NCBI GenBank assembly: GCA_038087875.1
Contig: CM075988.1
Location: 2,604,001-2,668,000, forward strand
Reading direction: 5' to 3'
From: Malacoraja senta
Taxonomy: Eukaryota
Length of the DNA stretch: 64,000 bases
The notes beneath the pieces were generated by a model. It was not told where the DNA came from. It saw nothing but the letters and a program-made list of their open reading frames with translations, and ran no database searches. A program made the translations under genes and the position numbers. Numbering within the stretch: the stretch's first letter is position 1; each line of letters begins with the position of its first letter. Of the stretch, positions 24,780 to 35,760 are shown piece by piece.

Positions 24780-26182
24780 TCAGTTCCTCCATCTCCTTTG
24801 ACCTGCTATTTCCGGCAGATTATTTATGTCTTCCTTAGTGAAGACGGAACCAAAGTAGTTATTCATTTGGTCCGCCATATCCTTGTTCCCCATGATCAAT
24901 TCACCTGTTTCTGACTGCAAGGGACCTACATTTGTTTTAACTAATCTCTTTCTCTTCACATATCTATAAAAACGTTTGCAGTCAGTTTTTATGTTCCCTG
25001 CCAGTTTTCTTTCATAATCTATTTTCCCTTTCCTAATTATGCCATTTGTCCCCCTCTGCTGGTCTCTGAATTTCTCCCAGTCCTCTGGTATGCTGCTTTT
25101 TCTGGCTAATTTGTACGCATCATCTTTGGCTTTGATACTATCCCTGATTTCCCTTGTTATCCATGGATGCACTACCTTCCCTGATTTATTCTTTTGCCAA
25201 ACTGGGATGAACATTTTTTGTAGTTCATCCATGCAGTCTTTAAATGCCTTCCATTGCATATCCGCCATCAACCCTTTTAGAACTAATTGCCAGTCAATCT
25301 TGCCCAATTCACGTCTCATACCCTCAAAGTTACCTTTCTTTAAGTTCAGAACCGTTGTTTCTGAATTAACAATGTCACTCTCCATCCTAATGAAGAACTC
25401 AACCATATTATGGTCACTCTTGCCCAAGGGGGCACGCACAACAAGACTGCTAACTAACCCTTCCTCATTACTCAATACCCAGTCTAGAATAGCCTGCTCT
25501 CTCGTTGGTTCCTCTACATGTTGGTTTAGATAACTATCCCGCATACATTCCAAGAAATCCTCTTCCTCAGCACCCCTGCCAATTTGATTCACCCAATCTA
25601 TATGTAGATTGAAGTCACCCATTATAACTGTTTTGCCTTTGTTGCACGCATTTCTAATTTCCTGTTTGATGCCATCCCAACTTCACTACTACTGCTAGGT
25701 GGCCTGTACACAACACCTACCAGCGTTTTCTGCCCCTTAGTGTTTCACAGCTCTACCCATACCGATTCCACATCCTCCAAGCTAATGTCCTTCCTTTCCA
25801 CTGCGTTAATCTCCTCTCTAACCAGCAACGCTACCCCACCTCTTTTTCCTTTCTCTCTATCCCTCCTGAATATTGAATATCCCTGGATGTTCAGCTCCCA
25901 GCCTTGGACACCCTGGAGCCATGTCTCCGTGATCCCAACTATATCATAATCATTAATAGCTATCTGCACGTTCAACTCATCCACCTTATTACGAATGCTC
26001 CTTGCATTGAGATACAAAGCCTTCAGGCTTGTTTTTACAACGCTCTTACCCCTTAAACAATTATGTTGAAAAGTGGCCCTTTTTGATTTTTGCCCTGGAT
26101 TTGTTTGCCTGCCACTTTTACTTTTCACCTTGCTGCCTATTGCTTCCGCCCGCATTTTACACCCCTCTGTTTCTCTGCTCAC
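24780..26182 (-). pseudogene. CR1 ORF2 N-terminal part (APE endonuclease)
   Basis: ORFs 25745-26182 and 24780-25622 with apurinic-endonuclease motifs. Confidence 0.88.
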
Positions 26183-26334
26183 TCATTTAAGAACCCCACC
26201 ACCTCTTATTCTCTGTTTATTATTGTTTTCTTCTTTCCCCCCTACATGTTGGGTCTGAGTGCTTTCCTTCTCTGCCTCCTGCCTCACACATTGTCTAATA
26301 GCTTTCTCTATTTGAGTCCCTCCCCCCAACCATT

Positions 26335-27549
26335 CTAGTTTAAAGTCTCCCCAGTAGCCTTTGCAGATCTCCCCGCCAGGATATCGGTCCCCCTCAGGTT
26401 CAAGTGCAACCCATCCTTTTTGTACAGGTTGCACCTTCCACAAAAGAGGTCCCAATGATCCAGAAATTTGAATCCCTGCCCTCTGCACCAGTCCTTCAGC
26501 CACGCATTTATCCTCCACCTCGCTCCATTCCTACTCTCACTGTCGCGTGGCACAGGCAGTAATCCCGAGATTGTTACCGTTGCTGTCCTTCTCTTTAACT
26601 CCCCTCCTAACTCCCTAAATTCTCCTTTCAGGACCTCTTCTCTTTTTTTACCTATGTCATTGGTACCTATATGTACCACGACCTCGGGCTCCTCTCCCTT
26701 CCCTTTCAGGATATCTTGGACACGTTGAGACACATCACAGACCCTGGCACCAGGGAGGCAAACTACCATCCGGGTCTTCCGACTGCATCCACAGAATCGC
26801 CTGTCTGACCCCCTAACTATAGAGTCCCCTATTAGTATTGCCCTCCTCTTCTTTTCCTTACCCTTCTGAGCAACAGGACCGGTCTCTGTACCGGAGGCCT
26901 GGCCGCTGTCACTACCCCCAGGTAGGCTGTCCCCCCCAACAGTGCTCAAACAGGAGTACTTATTGTCAAGGTGTACAGCCACCGGGGTACTCTCTAGTCC
27001 CTGCCTGTGCCCCTTGCCTCTCCCAACCGTGATCCACTTGCCTGCCTCCTGTGGTCTTGGAGTGACCACCTCCCTGTAACTCCTCTCAATGACTTCCTCA
27101 CTCTCCCTGACCAGACGGAGGTCATCGAGCTGCTGCTCCAGGTTCCTAATACGGTCCCTTAGGAGCCCCATCTCGATACACCTGGCGCAGATGTGGACGT
27201 CTGGAGGGCTATCAGACTCCATGACTTTCCACATCTGACATCCAGAACAGTAAACTGCCCTGGCCCTCATACTCCCCTTACCCTGGATACAATACATCTG
27301 ACATCCAGAACAGTAAACTGCCCTGGCCCTCATACTCCCCTTACCCTGGATACAATACATCTGACATCCAGAACAGTAAACTGCCCTGGCCCTCATACTC
27401 CCCTTACCCTGGATACAATACATCTGAAATCCAGAACAGTAAACTGCCCTGGCCCTCATACTCCCCTTACCCTGGATACAATACATCTGACATCCAGAAC
27501 AGTAAACTGCCCTGGCCCTCATACTCCCCTTACCTAGGATACAATACAA
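26335..27549 (-). CDS. CR1 ORF1 protein: zinc-finger/coiled-coil + SGNH/GDSL esterase domain, with an N-terminal repeat expansion
   Basis: Open 404 aa. CSGC..CARC, then a leucine-rich coil (IRNLEQQLDDL), then LIGDSIVRG, CLPGA, HIGTND and DGLHLN esterase blocks. Confidence 0.9.
   Translation of the reverse strand: MYCILGKGSMRARAVYCSGCQMYCIQGKGSMRARAVYCSGFQMYCIQGKGSMRARAVYCSGCQMYCIQGKGSMRARAVYCSGCQMYCIQGKGSMRARAVYCSGCQMWKVMESDSPPDVHICARCIEMGLLRDRIRNLEQQLDDLRLVRESEEVIERSYREVVTPRPQEAGKWITVGRGKGHRQGLESTPVAVHLDNKYSCLSTVGGDSLPGGSDSGQASGTETGPVAQKGKEKKRRAILIGDSIVRGSDRRFCGCSRKTRMVVCLPGARVCDVSQRVQDILKGKGEEPEVVVHIGTNDIGKKREEVLKGEFRELGGELKRRTATVTISGLLPVPRDSESRNGARWRINAWLKDWCRGQGFKFLDHWDLFCGRCNLYKKDGLHLNLRGTDILAGRSAKATGETLN
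27231..27547 (-). repeat. 63-bp tandem repeat x5 across the CR1 ORF1 start
   Basis: The unit encodes MYCIQGKGSMRARAVYCSGCQ (21 aa) and the copies are near-identical. Confidence 0.95.
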
Positions 27550-28997
27550 AACAAACTGCTACAATACAGTACAATCAGCAGGGATCTGACTCCCAATCAG
27601 TTGCTCCCTCTTGTCTGCTTCCACCAATCAGCGGCTTCCTTAAGCCCACTTGTTTTTGAAGTGCGAGTGGAACTTGGAATGTTGCAGATTTTGGCTCCTC
27701 CTCCCTCTGCGACCGCTCGGGTGTAGCTCCTCCCTCTGCGACCGCTCCAACGGCTCTCGGGCCTCTGTAAGGAACAAGCCCTGCGCTCCACTTTAACTCC
27801 TACTGCTCGGGTGTAGCTCCTCCCTCTGCGACCTCTCCAACGGCTCTCGGGCCTCTGAGTATCTTCAGCATTTGAAATTCCCACCCTACCAAGAAGTTTT
27901 TGATGTCTCACACTTAAATTAGCATAGATGTCAGTGTATTTAAAATCAAGTGACAGGACCAATGAAGGAAGATTTTTTTTTGGATATCTTTAACTTGAAA
28001 CCAATTTTGTTACTCCAGTTACTTTTTAAAAATCATTTAACATTAATTGGGTACAACAAACACTTTCAAGCAAAAATGAAGCAGATTCTACTAGAGGTGA
28101 ATGAACCTAAGATAGATGCTAAACAGAGAAGAGTTTTGGCTCAGAACACAAAGCGCTGGTGTAACTCAGCGGGTCAGGCGGGAACTCAGTGATTAGAGTA
28201 TAAATTGGTCGAAAATACTTTAATCAATCTGAGAATTCCATATCCCCAAAGACATTTCCTTATAAATTTTTTATTTGAATTTGCATACGTCGAATTTACA
28301 TACTATCTAATTAAAAATAATTAGATAGAGAATAGTGAGCTGAAAATTTTTCGATTCAACTTTGCCACTATTCAGAATCTCACATTGAGGTGCTGGTCAA
28401 TTTAAAGTGTACATATTTTCTTCCAGATTAATCTGTGTATAATAAAACTTCAAAGTAATAGTTTAGAGTGTGTTTAAGATTGCCGTCGTTGCATTGTGTT
28501 TACTGTGTGTTGCCTTTGATTTAAATTTTGAATGTTAGATACACTGTTGTAATACTAGTTTGAATATAGAATCTGTATAAGGATATAGTTTGGTCGGGAC
28601 TGTTGTTCTAATTGGAGTCCGACTCGTGATTGTTCGACCAGGGGTTCGTATCCTTCCGATCGCTGTTTCGGCGAAGGGATTGTTCCGATTGGTTGAACAC
28701 ACCACGAGGAGGGATTAAAATATATTGTGATTTGTTTTTGGAAATGTACAGTTAGCAAATGCGATATTAGGAGAATGCTTGTGGTTTATATAGGAGTGTG
28801 GTTGTGTATGATAGTAATTAGTAGTATAATTTCTTGTCTGCGATTTTGCTTGCATGTTTGGAGCTCATTTGCATGTGTTTGAGTTAAGGTTGCTCTGGGT
28901 ATAGGAGATGGGCTGCGGGAACGTGTTTGATTGTATTTGACTGTTTGATTGTTCCCTGGAGTACCTTAATCTTTGGATGATTGGGGATTGTTAAAAT

Positions 28998-30257
28998 CAA
29001 AGATCCTATAGCAAGCAAGATAGTCCACTCGACGAAAAAGACGTAGTACAGTCATGGGTAGGTTCATTGGTAAATTTCGGCCCCATTTCCGTAACCAGCT
29101 TCTGTTTCCGCCATCTTTGTCTGCCATAGCGGAGCAAAGATACTAGTGCAGAGACAGAAGCCGGTTACGGAAACATCCTCGTAAAAATCAAACATCTTTG
29201 GTAAAAATCTTCTCCTCATTTTCTTTCTGCCTCTCTGCCTCACAATAAAAAGCAAAAAGATGTCTATGTTCCTTCCACAGCGTGTGCGAAGCCTGGCCCG
29301 GATCAGCACGGCTGGGACGCCAGGGTAAAGTTGCGGGGAGGTTTGCAATGTATTTTTATGTAATGTTGTCCCTTGTCTGGGCCTTGTGTCCGAAATAAAG
29401 TTTATCATTATATATACAAATCTGGAGAAATATATATGTGTGTGTTATATGATTTATATACATCTATATCACATTCATATATGTGTGTAGACAAAAGTGC
29501 TGGAGAAACTCAGTGGGTGCGGGTTCGGTTTTCCAGCATCTGCAGTTCCTTCTTAAACATATAGGTGTGTATGTGTGTTCTTTCCTACACAATCTAATCA
29601 GTTGTATGGTCGCTGAATAAAACCATCCATCCTTAAGTTATACATCATTTTTTAATCTAGCTCAAAACAAATTTTACTTTGTTTAGATAACCCCACCATT
29701 ACAGACAGATCTCATTCCACTCTCTGGCTATTGGGAAGACCAAACACATTTTATTGTCGAAAAACAATTCCATAGACTAAAAAAAACATCAAGGAATATT
29801 AAGGAACATTCCGAGATTCCAAGAGCAGAGCAACTGGAATCTTCATATTGCTATTATTTTCCAAATACCACAATTGTGAACAGTGTGATTAGATGAATTA
29901 CAGAGAGCAAGAGTAATACAAAAATCAACTCAAACTCAAACACAGCACATGAGCCATTTAAAAAGAAAAGCTTTAAAAAAAACCTATTAAGAAAGACAAT
30001 TAACAGAATCATAATTTGTTAACATATTAATCTTTAACAAAATGTAACAGAATTATGATTGAACAGAATTATGAATCTAACCCTATATCACACACGCAAA
30101 CTGTCCCCCCCGCTACGCTGATTACACTGCGAGATGGATATACAAAGTCGGGTCGGGTTACTGAAATGGACGAAGAAATAGCCCACGTTCAGCTCCATTG
30201 TGTACTACACGTCAGCCCATTGCATTTAGCAGAAGTGGACTATCTTGCTCGCTATAG
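28998..30257. mobile_element. Non-autonomous inverted-repeat DNA element in the ERV1 leader
   Basis: CTATAGCAAGCAAGATAGTCCACT (29006-29029) vs AGTGGACTATCTTGCTCGCTATAG (30234-30257), 23/24 inverted match; TTAAAAT on both flanks. Confidence 0.7.
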
Positions 30258-30374
30258 TTAAAATTGTGAGAGTTGTGACAGTAGAAGAACTTGAACACTA
30301 GATAGGAAGGATTGATTGTACGATTGTGTTGAGAAAAGTGCGAGACTGCTGGCGCTTCGGAACATTTGGCCATT

Positions 30375-30600
30375 GTTTTTCTTATTTTTGTGTTTCTTAA
30401 TTTTTTAATTTCTTAATTGTGTTTCTTATTTTCTTTTTGTGCTTTTGAAATTGAATTCTGTCCTTGATTTGTGTACGGTGGTGTTTTTATATTTAATTTA
30501 CTCCGATTATGTGTTTTGTATTTTTGTGATTCTATGCCTTGTAAGGTGTCCTTGGGTTTTAGAAAGGCGCCAGTAAATAAAATGAATTATTATTATTATT
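30375..30600 (+). mobile_element. L2-type LINE/SINE 3' end
   Basis: GTAAGGTGTCCTTGGGTTTTAGAAAGGCGCCAGTAAATAAAATGAA(TTA)n stem-loop plus tail typical of the L2 clade. Confidence 0.65.
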
Positions 30601-30692
30601 GTTCTGGAGCGAGCTTGATAGCTTTGGAGATTGAGAGGGAGGTATGAATTCTTAAAAAGGTGTGAGCGGCGTTGATTCCACTGTCTAGAAAC

Positions 30693-32715
30693 ATGGGGAA
30701 TCAAAATCATGTGGAACAAGATATGACTGCTGATTCCGAAAGCCCATTGCAATTAATATGCAGCGAATTTCCACAGAGCTAAACAATTAAGAAACCTTTC
30801 TGGGGTATTAAATAAAGAATTAGGGGACTAATTATGGCCCGAGGGAGGCGTTGGGACATTGAAGGGAGTGAAGTACATTGAGCAAATTATCTGGCAATGT
30901 AGCGATAGTGAGGAGGCAAAGGAGTTAATTGGATTGTGGAAATATTATTATGAGGAACGGAAGGTAAGTAGAGACGCGGAGAGAATGGCAAGTTGGAAGG
31001 AAGCAACTCTGAAGCGTGGAATAGAATTGGAGTATACTGAAGTGTACCGACCTCCAGGCATCTTGAGAGAGGCGCATGGGTGTATTAGAGAGCAGGGGAG
31101 AAGGAAATCTTCCAAAGGGGAACTGGCACCAGTAGGTCTCAAGCTTGAGGACCCGACGGTTGGCGTCAGTTTTGAGGGGGACGATGATGAGTACCTAGAA
31201 GATTGGGAAAGTGTTAAAATTAGAAATCCGCGGCCACCACCTTATTCTTCTTGCGTTCCCATCGCTTCAAATACGCATTGTGTAGCTGGTGAACGTAATA
31301 GACAATCAGATTCTGCAGCACAGGATTCCTTAACCCCGACCGCTCCATTCATAATAAATAGTCTGAGAGTTCACGGTACTTGAAGCAAAACAAAAAGGAT
31401 AACTCAAGTAGTTAAGGACAAAGCAGGTAGAGGAAGGGAACAGAAACCAGGGTATTCTTGCAAGCTTAAACCTAGACGAGTGGACAAGTAGCGGGAGAGG
31501 AAAGTGAGTCATTTAGAAGATACCGTGAACCCCCTAGTGAAGGGGAAGATACATCTGGGGGCGAGACAGCAATTGAAGATACTGAAGTAGTTCTTGATAT
31601 GGCAGAAAGTACAAAAACAAAACAGGCAACTCATAGACAGTTCCCTGTCAGGGAAATGTCATTTCCTCCCTTTGATCCGGCCAATGTAGTGAGTGCAAAT
31701 AATCCCCGTACAATAAGAGTTTATACCGCATGGAAACCCAATGAGATGATGGCCATTTTAAGTCAAATACCCGATCGTAGAAAATCACCTGCTTCTTTTG
31801 TGGATCATCTAAGAACTACAATACACGTATATCACGCATATTCCCGAGATTTATGGGCAGTGATCCAGCAAATAATTACCCCAAGCGAACACACCAGATT
31901 CTTAACAATTCTAGGACATCCGACACATGAAGCTCTAGCAAATATAATAGCAGACAATAGTGCAAGAGAAGAGGCTGTTTTAACCGCCCTTGCAAATACC
32001 CTGCAGAAACCAATTGATTTGGCCAAAATCTTGGATGTAAGACCAAAAAAGGGAGAGGGAGCAGATGAATTCTTAGAACCATTTTCCGAATTATATATGG
32101 ATCAATCGGGTGACTTAAATGATCGAAATGGAGTAAATTCCCCACAGTACTGTGCCATCTTATTGAATTGTCTTCCCACTAATGTAGCTGAATCCATTAA
32201 ATGGACTGGACAGAAAATAGTGCCAGTCAAATGGCTCAGGCAGTAAGATATCACTGGAGGGAAATTAAAAAGCAGGAGAGTCAGCCTACAGTAAAACCAA
32301 AGACTGAATATGTAATAGAAAAGAATTGCCAACATCTGACCCTGAACCATGAATCCCCAGAGTACCAGCAAATTACAGATAGGGAGAAATAAGGGTTCTG
32401 GAATATTTAGATCGATATCATAGAGAAATAACTGCCCTAGAGCCAGTCCCTCAGAGACCAAATTTGTGGAGATACCGATCTTAAGGAGTGGGACAGTGTT
32501 ATACTTGTGGAGGAATAGGTCACTGGAGTACGGAGTACCCAAATAAAGAAAGGAATGAAAGAGGGGGTCACAGAAGAAATTTTCAAGACCAGAGAGAATG
32601 GAGAGATTCCAGAGATCAACGGGATCATGAAGAGCACATAGGGAACTGGCAGGAGAATCAAGAATCAAGAGGACAAATCTCGTTTTCCCAGAATAACCCA
32701 TTCACACGCCTATGA
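30693..32715 (+). pseudogene. gag: ERV1 gag (MA-CA-NC), multiple stops and frameshifts
   Basis: Starts MGNQ (myristoylation-type), then WPEGG, the PPPY late domain, a CA-like region (31599-32246) and the CYTCGGIGHWSTEY knuckle; ends NPFTRL*. Confidence 0.85.
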
Positions 32716-35681
32716 TTAGCAAACCTAATGGTGACTGGATGCAAGTCTGACGAAGAGCCTATATTGTCTCTACAGATAGAAGGAAAAATCTGCACCTTCT
32801 TAGTAGACACAGGCGCATCCATGTCATCTCTCCAATCAATTTACAAACTCCCCGAGTCAAAAGAAATTCAGAACCTGTCCGGGTTTCAAGGACAAGTCTG
32901 CCAGTATCCTCCATCTCTGAGCCAGTTGAAGTAGTATATGGAGGAAAGGCAATCAAACACAGATTTGTGATAACCAATTTGCAATTTGATGGCGAGAGAT
33001 TTGCTCTGTGCTTTCCAAATAAAAATAGAATGTGGTGACAGAGGTATAGTAGTGACCCCCTGGGCTCCCTTACAGCAGTGTTACTCCATAGTGACCCCTC
33101 AATGGTGGTCCTTAGATCTGGACGAAGAACCCCCACTTCATATTACACTGGCTTACAACAGGAGTGGGAAGAATAAAGAGCTGGAAGCCTTCTTTAACTT
33201 CTCAATAGTAGACTTGCAACATGCATTCTTTTCTCTGCCTCTTCACAAAGACAGCCAATATTTGTTTGATTTCACATATAGAGGCCAACAATACACCTGG
33301 ACCAGATTGCCTCAAGGGTTTATCAATTTGCCTACTTTATTTTCCAGGTGTCTACAAGAACAATTGAGTACTTTAAAATTCCCAGTCAAAAGTACTCATG
33401 GCCCAGACCGAGAAAGCACAAGAGGCCTTTGAAAACTTAAAAAGATCACTGATGCAAGCCCCGGCGTTGGGAAGACCATTGTACGACCGACCTTTCCAGC
33501 TCTACTGCACTATATTATCTGAATGTGTAACATCAGTTCTGACTCACATACATGGGGATAGACATAGACCAGTTGCTTATTACTCTTCTAAATTAGATCC
33601 TGTAGCCAGGGGACATCCACTTTGCACTCAAATGTTGACAGCTATATATAATAGTATATACTACAATCTCCAGCAGGAGATTGTAGTATATAGTTCACAT
33701 TCGGTAGTGGCATTGTTTGGGCAGCTTCAGACACAGCACCTAACAATGGCTCACCAAAATAAGTATGAGATCTATCTTATGAACAACCCTAAACTGCAAT
33801 TTAGACATTGTACATTAATTAACCCAGCCTCTTTCCTTGTTTCACCCCCAGAAGAGCAATCAGAAGTGGGACATGACTGTCTATTTGTCATAGAGGAGGA
33901 AACATCTGTAAGAGAGGACTTAAGGGACGCACCTATAGAGGACTCTGACATAACATTATATGTGGATGGGAATACATCTATTGGACCGTGGGGTGAGAGA
34001 TTGTCTGGGTATGCAATTGTTAATCAGGAAGCGGAAGTTGTAGAAGCAGCTGCCTTGGAGTCACATTCAGCACAGCAAGCTGAATTATTTGCTTTAATTC
34101 GGGCTTGTATTACTGGGGGAAATTTAAAAGTAAATATTTACACTGATTCTCGGTATGCATTTGGAGTGGTGCATGATTTTGGACAATTATGGAAAAATAT
34201 TTCTAACTTCTGCAGGAACCCAAATTTCAAATAAACAATTGGTGACAGATTTATTAAAGGCCTTAATGTTGCCAGACAAATTCCTGTTATGAAATGTAAC
34301 GCCCACACTAAAGGACAGACTCCAGTAGATATCGGGAATCGTAATGCCGATTTAGTAGCAAAGAAAGTATCATGGGAACATAAGATGATGGTATCCCTAT
34401 TTGACTTAGTTCAGATAATGGTCCACACTTTATTGGACAAATCAATAAAGAATTTTGTGAACAGCTGGGGATCCAGCAGCAATTGCACTGTGCTTATCGC
34501 CCATCTAACAAGTCCCCCTTGGAAAGACTGATGCCAACCATCCACGAAATAGTTCAATTACAGGAGGAGGCTACTGAAAGGGATAAAGAACGATGGAGAC
34601 AACTTGGGTGTGTACTGGATTGTATGACTGGACTATGGACCACTCCAGCAGGGCAGACTTGCATGACAGATGCATTGGCAATATGGGTTATAGAGTGTAT
34701 GCATTATGCAACCCATTGTGGTGCAAGGGCAGTGATGGACACTCTATTGGCTACTTGGTGGCATCTGAAACTACAAACTTTATCTCAGAAGGTAAGCAGT
34801 AATTGTTTGGTGTGCCAGAAATACAATCCAGGGAAAGGAATAGGATGTGAAGAAGGAAAAACACCATTGCCTAATGGTCCACTTGAGACATTGCAGATGG
34901 ACTATATCAAATTAGAAAGGTGCCAGGGTTCTAAATACGTACTTGTCATAGTCGATGTATTCAGCCGGTGGATCGAAGCCTACCCAACCCTTGATAACAA
35001 AGCGGCTACTGTTGTCAATGTGTTAACGAGAGAAATTGTCCCTAGATTCGGTATCCCTATTTGACTTAGTTCAGATAATGGTCCACACTTTATTGGACAA
35101 ATCAATAAAGAATTTTGTGAACAGCTGGGGATCCAGCAGCAATTGCACTGTGTTTATCGACCAGAGGCTGCTGGACTTGTAGAAAGGTAAATCCGGCCCT
35201 TAAAACTAAATTAGCTAAATTAAAGGCAGAGACTGGACTTGGATGGATTAAATTACTCCCAATAGCTCTATTTCAGATGAGAGTCACGCCTGTAGGGAAA
35301 TCTAGACTGAGCCCAGATGAAATTGTTATCGGTAGACCCTTGAAAACACATTGGAACCAGAATGCGATGAAAATAATCAACTTCTACCATATGACTGCGG
35401 AGATGACTGACTACATTGTAGCTTTGACCAGAGCCTTAAGGGGCTCACATTGTTGAGTAAGAGCAGCCTATAGCGAGATGCCTTTATTAACAGCTCCCAT
35501 TAAAGTGAAACCTGGAGACTATGTCCTTATAAACAATTGCGTAAGGAAAGGATTAGAGGTTCGCTGGGAAGGACTTTATCAGGTTCTCCTAACAACCCCA
35601 ACAGCAGTGAAAGTGGATGGAAGGAATGCTTGGGTACATCTCCACCATTGTAAAAGTATCAGTGAAAGAATGGACTGCTAA
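32716..35681 (+). pseudogene. pol: ERV1 pro-pol (protease, internally deleted RT, RNase H, integrase)
   Basis: Protease FLVDTGAS and NLMARDLL. RT VDLQHAFF and YTWTRLPQGF, with no YxDD. Tether APALGRP and RPVAYYS. RNase H LYVDG, SAQQAEL and IYTDSRY. Integrase HYATH..CLVC, QMDY, VDVFSRW, SDNGPHF and a GPY/F-like C-terminus. Confidence 0.92.
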
Positions 35682-35760
35682 CTTACTTTATCCCAGATTC
35701 TATTAGGAACTTTATACTCTACTATGGATCAAGCACAGATGAACTATCAAGATTGATGGA

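Larger units (their letters stand above)
21126..27860 (-). mobile_element. CR1 LINE copy 2, near full length (5' UTR, ORF1, APE-RT ORF2), interrupted by a Rex1-type LINE
   Basis: ORF1 at 26335-27549; APE motifs YLNARSIRNK, GITETWL, MGDFN, LDWVL and SDH at 24780-26182; RT 21236-22348 with KFADDTKL. 3' part nearly identical to copy 1. Confidence 0.95.

Noticed and set aside
27860..28190. Candidate ERV1 5' LTR/PBS
   Set aside because: No similarity to 42500-43020 and no PBS seen; contains a PLE scrap.
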